From the human T2T-CHM13v2.0 reference genome, Homo sapiens: a stretch of DNA of 64,000 nucleotides. The notes beneath the pieces are model-generated. The model was given only the letters and a program-made list of their open reading frames with translations. It was not told the origin of the DNA and ran no database searches. The stretch is taken from NCBI RefSeq assembly GCF_009914755.1, contig NC_060930.1; one strand, given 5' to 3'. Of the stretch, positions 1-17,510 are shown piece after piece (position 1 is the stretch's first letter; every line of letters starts with the position of its first letter). The position numbers and the translations under genes are program-made.

Positions 1-3000
1 AACAGCATGAACCAAATCTTGCTTGAATCCAACAAATGACCACAGATTCCTCACGACTGAAAAAATAACAGAAATCTATTCCCCCAGTGGAATTCATTAC
101 TGATCAATAAACCCAATGCATTGTGCAACATTTGTGATTATTCTCTTTGGAATCAACAGCATGTCTTAATAGCTAATTGTTTGATAAAGCCTTGACATCA
201 CCAAAATTTCCCAATAATGAGGGCACTAAATCCTAAAGAACTGTGAAGGAAAGAGGTCAGCCTCTTCTTTGGAAGGCCACAAAGAATGAGAATGATTCTT
301 ACAGTCCTATAATCACTCAGAAATGGTTAGGCCCAAAGGAATTAAGTTACATGACCTCCAAATCCTGTCTCCAAAACCAAAAGCATGAATGCCCTGGAAT
401 AGGCTTTCGCCTTGTGTTTTTCTCTTCGGTTCTTCCTTTCCTCATTCACCAAGGCAGACTGCTTGTCAAAACAGGATTAAAATCCTGAGGCCAGCCCCTG
501 GCCGACTTGAAGTCTGCATCTAAGGCAGGGCCTTAGACATGGCAGCTCCAAGTGTTTCATGGGCCTGGTGAGAGGGGCAGGCCCTGGCTCTAGACACCAG
601 GGAAAAACATACTCCTTAGTGTTCAACCCTGGTTTTCTCATCAGAGCAATGATGTCCCAGGATGACCTGTGGACAAAAGAGGACGGGAGAAGAGAAAATA
701 TTTTCTTCAGTTCAAAAGAAAAGGCCCCTATGGTCTATGAGCTGACAGCTGTATGGTACTCATAGCTATTACTGAATCCTTTCTGAACTGCACCGGGGGT
801 ACAAGAGGGAGAGTGAAGGTCTAGTGCTCGGTTGGAAGGGAGAAGGAACAGGCTCCCTTCTCTTTGTTTTATCCTACTGCCTCTTTGCTCCATACCACTT
901 TCCCCTGGCTGGATTTAGACCCAGCCAAGGCAATTATTTGCTTTGCCCAGCTCAGCACTTGTTCCCAAGTTGAGTATTCATCTTTATGGGAGCCTGCACA
1001 TGTCTTTAGGATTACTTTCAGGCCATATGTTTCTGTTTTGAAACAATGAGGGCTTCTCTATAATGATCAGCACAGGGAGAGGAAAAGGGCAAGGGCTTTG
1101 GTTACCAAATATTCAGCTCCCCAAAGTTGAGTCACCATCGCGGGGCTAAGCAGACAACATCACCACCTTTCAAAGCACAGTGTTGACACTATTTTTTCCT
1201 GGCATACTAATTTTCTCATAACAGCCTGCTCCACTCCTCTGCTTCTGTCTTGCATGTTTTCTGGAGAAAGTAAGACCTCCTCAGCCCAGCCAATTTCTCA
1301 AAAGGCTAAGACAGCCTGGCTGCAGGAATGTGCAATCATTCTTGAAAATCAGCAATGGTGGGTTGCATTTATCTGATCAAAAAATGCAACTGCCAAAAAA
1401 AAAAAAAAAGCACATCTGCCTCCCCACAAATGAAAATTTAGGTAGCATGTGTCTAAGTTAGTGGCAGAGTAAGAGGAGTTTATATGGTTTCTTATCACTG
1501 GACTAAAACACAACTAGTAAAACTGGTATAGTAATAGTCACCCCGGGAAATATGCAATGTGGATATCAAAATCTACTCCCATTACTTCAGAGTGTCAAAT
1601 GGACTGAGTGGAATGACTTTTCAGCTTAATGCAAAGTGAGAACTGCCACTGGGTAATAAATTCCTTTCTGTCCTAAAATAGTAGCCCAAGAAATAATCAT
1701 CCCAAGAAGTAAGAGGTGTTTTATCTCCTCCGCGGCAGCAAAGGGCTTCTCCTGATTGCTAAGTGCTGATTTATTCCAGAATGCACAATTGCAGCTTGCT
1801 GCTGGTCTCCACCCCATCCGCCTGAAGGCAGGGATGTTCTTGTCTGTGTCAGAACTGCCTGCTTAACCCAGCAGGAAGCCTTGTCACCGGTATTCAGCCC
1901 TGGCCACGTCTCTTGGCTGAGAGAAGCAGGAGCCCAGCAATGCTAACATTTGAAAGATCCAGAGGGAAGAGAGGAGGCTGACTTTTGAAGGGATGATCTG
2001 CATCCATCACCACTTGCCCTCCAGATGCTATACCCAAATAGCAGTGTCCCTCCTGAGGCTGTCCCTGAATGCCACCCACCAGTGACCAGCCGCACTGGGA
2101 GGGGTGTGTGTTTGTGTGTGCGTGTGCGTATGCATGTCTGAGAAGGGCTGTTGTGGGGCAGGCTGCTCTGCAATGCTGAATGCTCCTGTCTGTGCCTCTT
2201 CAGACATTAATATATGCAGATCAGAAGAAGCTAAATTCCAAGCCTCTGTAAGCATGTCCAAAATGGCCCTCTTGCCCAAAGCACTTCTTCAAGTCTCAAA
2301 CTAAAGATCAGCATTTGACAAACCACGGGTGAGAGTTTGCAAAAACATGAAGGAGTGAGCCCTTGCCAGAATTGAAACCAAGACGAGTGCAACAATGAAA
2401 AACGCTTAGAACCCACGGGCTGGCAGCCAGGGCGTTCGGACTTGGTATGGGCGTATCAACAAATGCAGGGTTCCCCACAGCGATTTACAGCAGAGACTCT
2501 AGTAGAGATTTACAGCAGACTGGAGCACTGCGCTCTTGCAAATGCAGAAGTTTGGGGTGGGGAAAGGTAGAAAAGAAAAAAAAGAAGAAGAAGGAGAAAG
2601 TGACATATTCAAATGCGATTCAAACACTCCAAGCTGCTCTTTTGACCTCAGAAATTTTACCACGATTTGGGTGATCCTAATGGTCTGTGGACCACGTTGG
2701 AAAATGTCACAATAGATGTTTGAATTAAAATCCAGTAGGTTTGCCAAAAGACCAATTGTTAAAAATTGGCAGCATTCCAGAGAACTTACTAGGCTGTGTA
2801 CTGCCCCGGGGCTGAGAGAACTGCTAATTCCAGAGAAAGTTAATTATCACCTTATTGATAAAAGGGTAATTTTTAAAGCTTGTGGTGTGGCTTTTGTGAC
2901 TCATTAATTAAAATTTAGAGTAATTTACTAGATACCCTGGTGGCTTCTGTTATATGATATCTGTACCAAGCCGTTTAATGTCTCTCCCAGGGACTGATTT

Positions 3001-5848
3001 AATCCCCCTCTTCTCTCCTCACCTGTCTGCTTTTGAAGGCAATGAAAACATTAAAAAATGTGTAAATCTAAAACTAGCCTTTTGAGAGATGGCAGAATTA
3101 AGAAATAAGATGTCTAGGGAGGCATTGTTTAAAAGTTCCTTCTTAGAAACATCAGATGTGCCCACCAAAAGAAAGAAGCTTGTGTGATCACACCAAAGGC
3201 AACTGCTTTCACAAACTTCATCCACAAAATGTTAGACAAGATTTTACGCTCCATGATAATCAGATTAAAAGAGGGTCTTTTCTCATCTCCTTTCCCTTCT
3301 TTCCCATTCCATCCCCACATAAAATCTGAGGGCTCAGGGGAAGAATGACACTGGAGATGCTTGGTATCCTAAGGCTCCCAGCCCAATGAGGGGTAGTGTC
3401 ACCTGCCACGCTCTTCAGGACTTGTGGAGTGGGATGGGCACATCCCGGCTCCCTGGCATCTACCCATGTGATATTGAGGTTTCCGAGGGCAGGGACTTGG
3501 GGAGGAAAATTGTCCTGCAGATCCCTAACAGGGCCCCTGTGAGGGCTTTCAAGCTCCAGCCACCACCTCTGCCTGGACCAAAAGTTCTTTAAGGTGCGTG
3601 TCATAAAGGATGTGTGGACACATGTGTGATGTGTCCTCAGGCCACACAAAATTGTAAACAGACCTACGAAGCACTCTAACATTTAAGCCCCCAGACTCCC
3701 AGAAAGGTTATTCCTCTCCGAGCATTCCTTGTTATGATTTCAGGGAACTTCAGTTATGTTTCCTTAAAAGTATTGAAGTATTTGAGATCCAAAATTGAGA
3801 TTAAAAATACATAAACAGCAGAGATGATTTTCTCATCATTTCAAATTTTAAAAATTAAAAAAGTCTATCTTTGTACTTTGGGGTAGTGCTTGAATTTTTT
3901 AATAGGAAAGTGTTACTGAGTATTTTTTTAAAGTCAATATTGTTTTGAACTCTCATTATAAAAGTTCTTGCAGCAAGTGACAGTATTTGGGTCTGGCTTG
4001 TTTTCTGTGGGCTGAGCTGCTTAGCTTACCTGCTGCTTGCTAGAGGAGACAGCCTTTCACCCTCACCCCCAGGAGTCAAGAACCAGAAAGTGAAACTGCT
4101 TCTGCTGATTTCCCTCGCCTCGAAAACACACCACCAAAAGCAAAGAAATGATGAAAAGCAACTTACTCGTTTCGCTTATTGTTTTCTTGTCTTTCTATTA
4201 CCGTTCATTTACTCTTTTCTTTTTTTCTTTTCTTTTTTTTTTTGCAGCAAAATAAAAGTAATTTTGGGGACACAGGGAAGAAATGTAAACATGTTATACA
4301 TGAAAGAACTGGATTTTTGTGGGCTTTGCACTTTTGTTATAATTCCACAAATGAAGCAAACTGATGAATTTACCAAAATATTTCAGAGCTCATCTACGTA
4401 CACAATTTAAAGAGCTAAAGAAAACACATTCATATTTTTTAAAAATTCTGTCAAAAAGCCTGTTTAAAAGTTATAGTTTGTGAAGCCACCAATTTCCCTA
4501 AAACTGAAGATTCTACATTAACCTTTTGAGTTTAGACGATCACGCAGTACCGATTTTCTAGGTAATCTTCACCCAGCTGCTGTTGCTCAAACAGCCCCTC
4601 ATTTTATCAGACTAGTTCTACCAAGCAACACAAAAAATGCTCCACACAAATATTATACCCCCCAGATAGTTTAACACACTAAGAATTCCTTTGTAGTTAT
4701 TTTTATGCTTTCACTCCAGATATTCTATTTTGCTTTAAAAAAAAAAAAAGTGGAGAAAAAAAGCAGCTATATCCCTCATTCTTCAAAAATGGTTCCTCTG
4801 GTTGAAAAGAAAGAAAAACAGCATATAACAAATACCCTGATTCTGAAGTGCCTGGATTACTTTCTCAAGTACTGTAGTGTCTGAGATCAGTAAAAAACCA
4901 CTTTCTCAGAAAGCCACTGATTGTCTAACCCTCATGAGTACCGTCATGGAATCTAGAGACAACACGAGGAGACACCTCTCGTTCACGATCACAGATAGTG
5001 GAAAGAACTTTGACTCAAGCACCTCAACTCAGCAAAACAGCTCAGCAGCCTGCACCCTGGCCTCATCCACCGCTCCTGTCCAGCCAGCAATCAACCTGGA
5101 GAGGACCCCTCATGCTTTGGGAGGAGCACGTGGAAGCTGGTTCAAGTCACAGTGCTCCACCTGGGAAGGAGGTGATTTTGAGCTTGGGAAAACTGCCGCT
5201 AATACTCCATAGTCACCAGTTTTTTTCCCAAAAAACGAATTAAAACCAGAAACTAGCAGTAAATATTATTCTTATTTATGCCTCATAAATTAGGAAAAAC
5301 CAGCACAAAGACATGTGAAATATTCTACCTGGGATATTTGAAATAAAATTAAATGGGAAAAAAAACACTTTTACATGTTCATAACATACCAATTTTAATA
5401 ACCAAATTTTAGGTAAATATTTTTATCCCAAGACATAGTACAATTTTTTTAAAATTAAAAAGCAAAACAAAGCAAAATTATCGTGAAGGGAAAAAATAAC
5501 TAACCGGTTACTTGAGTTCACATTTGGAAAAAAATAACTTTCTAGGTATTTAAATGCAGAGTTAAAGAGTAATGAACATGTATATAGCCCAAATTTATAA
5601 ACTATATAATTCAATGTTACATTTTCCCCTCTGAGATCTGGTTAATAAATTAAATGCTGTACTTTGCATATGAGGAACTAAAGTTTACCTACTGGACTCA
5701 GTGGTTTTAGCGCAGGACACTCTTGTGCGTTGCCATAGAGGTAGGCATGCAACCCAGAAAAAACTGAAACAGGTAACCTGTCATGCTGACAGTTACAAGA
5801 GAAAGATCCCGTGTCAACGGCACGCCTCCAATTGTGCATCTCCCTTAC

Positions 5849-6040
5849 CTACAGCTTGTTCACCAGAGCCCTGAGCAGGTTGTTTACCAGGTCGGGAGTG
5901 TTGACTCAGAAGACAGATGACTTTCAGCACATGCAAACCGAGTATTGCAAAAGCTATCTTCCACCCGTGTTAGTAGCTCACAGTTAGTCTCCAGCAGCCC
6001 TGCGCTCCAGCTGCAAACATCTCATTAGACTAATGCATTC
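5849..6040 (-). other. SCML4: Probable non-coding first exon of SCML4
   Basis: Strong donor TAG|gtaagg at 5849/5848 in unique, repeat-free sequence. SCML4 lies downstream of SEC63 on the same strand at about this distance (recalled synteny). 5' end approximate. Confidence 0.55.
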
Positions 6041-6182
6041 AGCACAGGCAGAAAACTCGATTTACCATAGCTACAGCAATGAATTTCCATTACGATGACA
6101 GCTTCAACCACATCATGTCCGGAAAACCAGCCAACCACTGGCTTTTAAAGAACACACACATTTTACATGCAGAAAACGAGGC

Positions 6183-6237
<55 letters not shown>

Positions 6238-6300
6238 GTGTTTCCTTCCTCTTAGCAGCCTAAGAGAAATGTGCAGTGTAGCTTTTTGTCGACATGAGCT
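6041..6300 (-). promoter_or_regulatory. SCML4: Putative SCML4 proximal promoter
   Basis: Directly upstream of the candidate exon 1; ETS-like CCGGAA (about 6119-6124), RUNX-type AACCAC (6133-6138) and a (TG)24 tract. Confidence 0.4.
6186..6233. repeat. (TG)24 microsatellite
   Basis: Perfect TG repeat. Confidence 0.95.
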
Positions 6301-7375
6301 GCAAGGTAATGACACTTCTGCTTCTTTGGTAGTTACATCCTTGTAATAACCTGAATTATGTCACAATGGTTAGAATGGGTGTTTCCAACATTTCAGTTTT
6401 CATTACCCCTCCTCTGTTGCCATAGAAACCAGACTGTAACATCGTCTCTTTGTCCCAATCCTGCAGCAGTGTGGGCCAACACCAGGCTTATAAGACACTG
6501 GTGATCTGACAGAGTGAATGTTTGACTTTGGACAAATAAAACAAAAAGAAATATTACAATAGCATCATTGTTCAGGAGACCCTGTGTGATTCCCAGAGCA
6601 GTGTGCCTATCCAGGTGTGTGCACACACCATGGTTGTACATATTAAATCAGCGGCTGCCCACAACATATGTGTACAGTTCATTAAAGCCGGCCCTGACTT
6701 TGGCTCCAGGCCTGTATGTGTGTGTGTGTAAGCATCTCTACCCACCTCAACGTGGTGGGACCTGCACAGGATAGAAACAGGGCAAGAGTGACTATTCATT
6801 CCCATGCCCCATTGCATTTTCTGCAGCAAATCAATATATATCGGCGAAGGGATCTTTTCTTTTCCTTTCTTTTTGTAAAGTGGAGCAGGGCTCCCCATTG
6901 CCCATTTCATCCACTCTGGGATATTGGCATATTCACAGGTATTTCCTACAAGATGAAACATCCATTCTACAAACATGTGGCTTACTCCTAGGGATGAGCA
7001 GCAAACAAATTTAGCCGGGACTAAATATCAACCAGGGCTAACGAAGGCTTAGGCCACAACCTGGCCAGTTACTGAGAGTGAAAAAAACTGCAATGGACAA
7101 CTTGAGGTTTCTCTAAATATATGTGTAGAGTCACATTAGAAGTACATAAGAAATCTCTCCTCTGAAATTTATTATGAAAATATAAAAAATTGTTTTAAGT
7201 CAAAGCCTTGTAATTAATTGAGCAAGAAGAAATTCACTACTTTAGTTCATTTAATCATCAAATTTTGTTGTTTTGTATGGGAAAAGGCAGGTTTGGTAGT
7301 TTGCATTTTCATTTCATATAAGTTGATTTCACTAAAGAAGGAGGAAGAGGAGAAGAAAAGAAAATAAGATGGATG

Positions 7376-8141
<766 letters not shown>

Positions 8142-8499
8142 CTACACTGAGCTTAAAGCACCTGGAATGGGCTGAGACATTAGACCAATTTTCACTCTAA
8201 AATGTTTCTTAGGATTAAAAAAAATAACATTTCTTAAGTAATCAGAAATAATCTCCAAGTCCTGTAAAAGAAGTAAAAGGGTTGGCAGAATCTACCCATA
8301 AGAAAGGAGTTGCTGGTTTTCCTACCCAGCTCTGTGAGGGTTTCTCACTCTGATCCTCAGGCCCAACCTCCTTGCCTCCTCCCAGATGGGCTACTGTTGT
8401 CCTTGTCCTCAAGGTGGGTGCATGTGGGAAGCACCCATTGTCATCTAACAGGTCAACTTGGTAATAAAGCCTAAAATTGAAATCAACAAAAGCTGGATT

Positions 8500-9130
<631 letters not shown>

Positions 9131-9714
9131 CTTACTGGGATTTCTTTCTTCATGCAACCAGGAACATAGCTTTTAATAACTTAAATCAATATTTTAAAAA
9201 ATCCTAAATGTTTTTAATTCCAAGAAAAATTTAAGTTAAACATGTAAGAAAAAAGAAATTTGATGGGATGACTGGTATTAGCTGAGGGACCTGCTAAGAA
9301 GAAAAGTGACCGCTCTGAGCTAGCATCTCTCTAAGTCTTGTACATCCCTGTCCCATGAAAAGGGTGCTTAGGTTGTGCCACGTTGTTAATTTTCTTTGCA
9401 CTGTGGTTACATTTCTGTCTCAGACCACAAGCAGCATGTTCCACTCTCTCCACACGAGTGCTACTGGGCTGGTGGTTAGCAGGAGGCAACCAGAGGGAGC
9501 AAGTTAATTTGGGGGCGTCCCAAATGCAAATCTACTTAGAGTAGCCTCCATTTGAAGAGTAATCCTTCTGTCAGCTGCTGGTAAAGACACCGTTCACATT
9601 GAAAATGGCCTTTGTCCTAAAGAGTTGTGTTTTCCAACACAAGCATCCGATCGAGAGGATTCTGTCTTGGACTGGCAGTCAGTGCTACCGCCGAAACAAC
9701 CTTTGTTATAACAG

Positions 9715-9940
9715 TGATAGCTAACATTTACTGAAGAATTATGTGTGAAGCCCTTCCCATTTTGTATCCCATTTATGACAATCCTATGAAGTAGGTATTA
9801 TGATACCATTCCCATCTTACAGATAAGGAAACTGAGACTTAGGGATGTTAAATAACTTGCCCAAGGACACACAGCTTAGAAGTGGTAGACACAGGTCTGA
9901 CCCAGGCAGTCTGTGCCCAAAGATACTCTAATTAATCATT
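9715..9940 (-). mobile_element. MIR
   Basis: cccatcttacagataaggaaactgagacttagggatgttaaataacttgcccaagg is the MIR core, antisense. Confidence 0.85.
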
Positions 9941-10843
9941 CCACCTCATGGATCCTGGCACTGCCACTTGTTCCAGCCCTACCACTAACCCAATGACATG
10001 GGTGAAATCACTGACTTTCTATAACACGGGACAAGGAAATAAGGGACTAGATCATCTTTGTGGTCACTTATGGCTCTGACATTTCACAAGCCTAAGAACT
10101 GCTTTATCTCTAACTCAAAACATCGGTCTGCTGAAACAGGACGACGCTTTGGGTTGGAGGAGTGCTTAGTTGTGATTATGGATATGGCCATAATTACAAA
10201 GGGGCAAAAAGTGTCCTTTCTCTCATTAGGATAAGACCTAGTAAACTAGAGCTTTGGATATCAATTTGGAGCAAAGGTAGGGAGGAGAGAGCATGGAGAA
10301 AGAACACGAAGAAAAGCTAAGATTCCATTTCTGTAGTAAGGAAGGGAGAACAGCCTCCCACACTCCAGAGGCCCCACAGCTTCCCTTCCACATCATTCAA
10401 CACAAGTTTGAGAACCTTAGGGGCTATGGAAAGCATAAGGCTTATGATTACCATTTTGCAGCAAATAGTTAACCTAATTAGTCAGACTACACAAGAGTGG
10501 GTGCCAGATCTCTTGACTCCCCAGTCTGTCGCTTCTTCAACCCAAAGGCCTGCCTTTCATGGGGCCAGATCTTAGCTTCAACTACTCAAGCAGGGATCTT
10601 TTAAAGTTAAAGACAAAACCGTTCTGTGTAGTGAAGATCAACAAAAAACAACCTAAATCACAGAATACACAAAGCACCCCAAAAAGGTTGTCATAGAAGA
10701 ACACGGAATGAAACTTTTAAAATGTTCTTAATAAATGTTTGCGAAAATATTGCAATTTACAAAATAATATCCAGGATCGAATTTTATTTTGAAAAAAAAC
10801 TAATGATTTACAAAATATAAGACATGTTACTAGTAATGATTCT

Positions 10844-11128
10844 TCCCAGCACTTTGGGAGGCTGCACTGAGAGAATCGCTTGAGTCCAGGAGTTCAAGAC
10901 CAGCCCGGGCAACATGGGAGACCTTGTCTCTACAAAAAATTAGAAAGAAAAAAATTAACCAGGCATGGTGGTGCGTGCCTGTAGTCCCAGCCACTCGGTA
11001 GGCTGAGGTGGGAGGAATGCTTGAGCAGTGGGGAGGGCGAGGCTGCAGTGAGCTGCGATGGTGCCACTGCACTCCAGTTTGTGTGACAGAGCAAGATCCT
11101 GCCTCAAAAAAAAAAAGAAAAGAAAAAA
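10844..11128 (+). mobile_element. 5'-truncated AluJ
   Basis: Alu body; TSD tagtaatgattc at 10831-10842 and 11129-11140. Confidence 0.9.
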
Positions 11129-11234
11129 TAGTAATGATTCCTTGGTGATAGAATTTTTATCTTAATATTTTTCCTTTATATGTTCTGCCCAAGAACACCC
11201 ATTTCTTTTGTGATAATCAAAATTGGTGTGAATT

Positions 11235-11518
11235 CTCATAAGTGGGAGTTGAACAATGAGAACACACAGACACAGGGGGAACATCACACACCAGGGCCTG
11301 TCGAGGGGTGGGGAGCAAGAGAAGGGAGAACATTAGGACAAATACCTAATGCGTGCGGGGCTTAAAACCTAGATGACAGGTTGATAGGTGCAGCAAACCA
11401 CCATGGCACATGTATACCTATGTAACAAACCTGCACGTTCTGCACATGTATCCCAGAGCTTAAAGTAAAATAAATAAACAAACAAATAAATAAATAAATT
11501 AATATTGGTTCTATTAAA
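11235..11518 (+). mobile_element. Short 3' fragment of an L1PA (about PA7-PA8)
   Basis: L1 3' UTR (cctaatgcgtgcggggcttaaaacctagatgacaggttgataggtgcagc), A-rich tail, degenerate TSD aaaa(t/c)tggt(g/a)tgaatt. Confidence 0.88.
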
Positions 11519-13315
11519 AAAACTGGTATGAATTAATTGATTGATTAGTAACAGAATTTTTCCTCGTCACATTGGCAAACATATTTGATAATGGTTCTCA
11601 TAAATGTTAAGTCTCAAATTTCATCATTAAAATAAAACTAAAAGCTTTGTCAGCCCAGTGGCTATAGGTTACATTCAGCCCCTGCCTTAGCCAGTGCCCT
11701 GAGTCCAAAGCCTGCTCCCACATCCTCCATGATGGGCTTCACTATCACGAATATTTCTGGAGCCCATGTGGGGTGCTTAGTGCAGCCAATACAAAACTTA
11801 GGGACATATTCCCTATCCTTCCCCACCCAAGGGCCTCTGAGATCAGCAGGGTCCTCTCAGAGCTGATAATACTCTGTCTTGTTTTTAGTCAAGCCATGTG
11901 CTAAAGACATAGGAAGTTGGTGATTGAATCAAGTAAAAAACACTCTCATCCAAGGAAAAACGACTCACTCAAATTCTCTTGGGCCCAAAACATGGCTCCT
12001 CTCAGACAGGGCCTTCTCTCTTTGTGGCTCTGGGCCTGTGACCCTGGCTGATACTCAAGGACTGACTGAGTGGAAACATTTTTCTCAAGGTCTGGCAGTT
12101 TTGGTGGAAGCACAGCCCAGAGACCCTTATCCCAGGGGCAGCGTCTGGTAAGGGCTTGGATGGGTGAGGGCAGGTGACTGACAGCTGGAAGAACTGAGAG
12201 GGACAACATCAGGGACTTTTCTTTGGTCACTAGGCTGTTAATTCCAAGATGGCAGGGAATAGGTCTTCTCCACTATAACCCCAGTATGTAGTGCAGAGCC
12301 TAGGCCGTAGTAGGAAATTAACAAATAATTATTACTGAATGAATGAAAGAAACTAGAAGTTAAAGTGGGAGATCTCATCTTAATCTATGTTAGTACAGGC
12401 TTTTAGAACTGATTCCTTTCTCCCACAGAAGTGATTGGTGTCAGATGTCTGTTATCAGAAAAAAAAATCATTCATTAAAATTCAAAGGAAGACTTCCCTT
12501 TACTTTTTGTTCCTTTATTCTATTAAAATGTCATCTCTTTGTGATCGCTTCTGCTTTGAGTTGTATTTCTTTGTAACAAATGAGCTTTAATTCAAATGGG
12601 TGATCTCCAAGCACTAGGTTTCTCTTTCCCACCTACAATATTTCCCCCAAGTTAGATAGGAGAAACAAACCCAGTGTACCCTCAGTACTCTGCCTGGAGT
12701 ACTGAGAAGCTTCTAGAATTAGCAAATGTGAGTCTCAGTCAAACCTCTATGTGTGCGCCAAAGAGCCAGAATAACAGACTTCAAATAAAGTAATGAATAC
12801 CTGCAATTTCAGCTGAAAACAGTTACTGCTTCTGGGCTCAATTTCTATGAAAGTGGTGTAACGGGGAAAAGGAAGAGATGAGGGGAGGGGGACACAGAGG
12901 CCCGTCAAAGAGAGACTCTACATTTTTTAAAGTTCATGTAGAAGATAGTTTTGGGGGATTGCCTGCAGTTTCTAGAATAAAGATGTTGATCACCTGAGGT
13001 TCCATCTCCCTTTATTTGAGGGAAGATCTCCAAGATGGGTTTCTTAGTAACAAAAAAGCAAGAATACAACCATTGCCTTTAGAACAAAACTTGAATCTGA
13101 ATAGAGATGATGCAGTCTGAAATTTTCATTCTCCAAAAAAAAAAAAAAAAAAAAAAACCCAGCTCGTTGGTGAATAAAAAGCAACTGATTGATCAGTTCA
13201 TCTTAAGGACAGCCAACTTCAGTGTGGACCATATCTATGATAAACCCACATGAGCTACAAGTGAACCTAGAGACTGGGACTGGAGAATAGAGGAGGAAAG
13301 AAGAGGGAAGTAAGT

Positions 13316-14400
<1,085 letters not shown>

Positions 14401-15574
14401 AGGGCTCTTACTAAGCAAAAGGGAAGAGGAATTGGTGCTAAAGGCCAAAATCAGCAAGAAGCAACTGACTAGTAGAAGGTGGGGCAGAGGAGACCAGGAA
14501 GAAGAGAGGCCGTAGGGAGCGGTAGAGGATAGGGTGCTGCGCGCCGCACATGTGACCTCCTGCCCTCTCAGATACCAATCTTCAGGAAGAGCCACAGAAA
14601 TTAGGAAATGCTTGCTGTGGTTGAATTTCTTGCAGAAACTCATGAAGAGACTGAGTTTTGCATCCTGGGTTGATGCAGGTGAAACCACATTAGCATATGA
14701 CAAGCCAGGGGCCAGGACCAAAAAGATTATGAACGTGAGTCTAGGGAAGGAGGCCACTATGCGGGGAGGACTTAATGGCTGGACTTAACTGGGATGCGAA
14801 TATTGGGATATAAGAGGCAGAAAGCTGGCTATCTGACAAAGGGGCTGCAGCCCTGTAAGTTGGTCATATAGTTAGCTGAATTCCATTCTTTCTTACAAGG
14901 GGAGTGACCTTCTAGAAAGGAAGGCTTGACTGGATATTGACATTCTCAAGATGCGTTGTTTAAGATTGAATAACTTAGTCTTTAAAAGAAGTGCTGTGTA
15001 CTACTCAGACCACCTTATCTGGCTCTAAGTCCGCGCTGTGTGTGTTGTTGGGTAGGGGTTAAGAGCCGGGCCTTACCTGAATCAGGAAATTGGTAGGAGG
15101 GTCCGTTCTCTCCGCTTGAACCCTGTGGAGGCTGCAGGCAAGCACTGGGGACCTAGCCATGGGGTAGCTGGAGGAGCTGGTGAGTGGGTTCTGCAAGGCT
15201 GAGGAGCTCAGGAGACACCTGAAGAGTGTCTGGACTGCTTCCTTTCAGCAGTAACAGGACGTGGCAACACCATCTGGGAATGGATCCTTGGACTGACCTA
15301 CCAGTGACCAAAACCAGCAAAGACCCCTTTGGACTAAGTATGAAACCCAGAGAGTTTGGAGGACTCTCCGGAGAGGAAGTCCAGGCTTCCCCCAATTTGT
15401 GAGAAAGGGCCCAGCTCAGAGTTATATTAATATGATATTCATACTAAAAGGAATGTGAATAGCAAAACCTAAAAATTAGAAAAAAATTTTTTACAAGAAA
15501 TGTACAAGTTGGATGGCAAGCTCACTGGCTCAGTGCAGGGATTCTGGCTTGACCATGTCCATGACCTCGGTCCA

Positions 15575-15715
15575 GAAGCTCAACCCCGTTGTGCTTCAGC
15601 TCCTTATGCCTGAAACAGGGATGCTAAGACTGGTGTGTGGGTTAAATGAGTTAGGCTGAATATGATGTAAAGTTGTTGGAATAGTGCCTGGCACATATAT
15701 GAGGTGTCATAATAA
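15575..15715 (+). mobile_element. MIR fragment
   Basis: ttaaatgagtta...tgtaaag...aatagtgcctggcacata. Confidence 0.6.
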
Positions 15716-16390
15716 GGAAAAGGGAATTTAAGTGGCATAAATACACTGTGACAAATGGAAGGAAACGGGAATAAAAGCAACAAAATTGTAGAAGCTGCAA
15801 AGTGGATGAGCAAGAGGTAACTGACCTGGCAGACCGAAGAAACTGGGCCTTTTTTCAAGTGGGGGTTCCCAGAAAGCACACAGTTCACCCCATAGAACCC
15901 AGAAAGTCTCTTAAACTGGAAGTCCCAGGAATCCCCAAAAGCAGAAGTTGGGAGGACTAAAAACAAGACTGGATCTCCTCCCCAACCCTGTGCTGCTGGT
16001 GACAGCCCCTTAACCCTGACGGAATGAAGGTTTACTCTGATCTCAAGGACATAGGCACAGCTGAGGGGAGAGGTGCTATACCGAAAACAGAATTCAGAGA
16101 AAGTTCACCTCCTCAGCAGAGATCCACAGCCCCTGGCTCTCTCACTGCCAGACTGTTTGCAGCGAGGCAAATACACCCAGATGAGACCTCGGAAAACTCT
16201 GGGAAACTGACCAGCCCACAAGAAAAGACTTACACACACTGAAGTGGGGTTCAGATGGGGCAGGCCAGCAAGATGTCCTTCCAGTGAAGGCCACCAGTGA
16301 CAATACGCATTCTAGAGTCCTCACTAAGTGTGAGCCTCTGGTATGAAAGACAGAGACCAAAACCAACAAACAGGAAGAAAAAGAATTTGG

Positions 16391-16675
16391 AGCCAGGCAC
16401 AGTGGCTCACACCTGTAATCCCAGCACTTTGGGAGGCTGAGGCAGGCAGATCTCTTGAGCCCAGGAGTTCAAGACCAGCCTAGGCAACATGGTGAAATCT
16501 GTCTCTAGAAAATATACAAAAATTAGCCAGACATGGCAGCAGGCACCTGTAGTCCCAGCTACTCAGGAGGCTGAGGTGGGCAGATCGCCAGGAGGTCAAG
16601 GCTGCAGTGAGCTGTGAATATGCCACTGCACTCCAGCCTGGGAGACAAAGAGAGACCCTGTCTGAAAAAAAAAAA
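16391..16675 (+). mobile_element. AluJ
   Basis: Alu dimer, TTGAGCCCAGGAGTTCAAG, TSD aaaa(a/g)gaatttgga. Confidence 0.9.
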
Positions 16676-16803
16676 GGAATTTGGAAAAAGGCAAATTTCA
16701 GGGAGGAAAAAAATTATTTAATTATTACTAATATCTTAAAAGACAAAATATAATATATTGCATCAATAACATAAGAATAGATTGCTGTATAAAAAGGGCA
16801 TTA

Positions 16804-17510
<707 letters not shown>

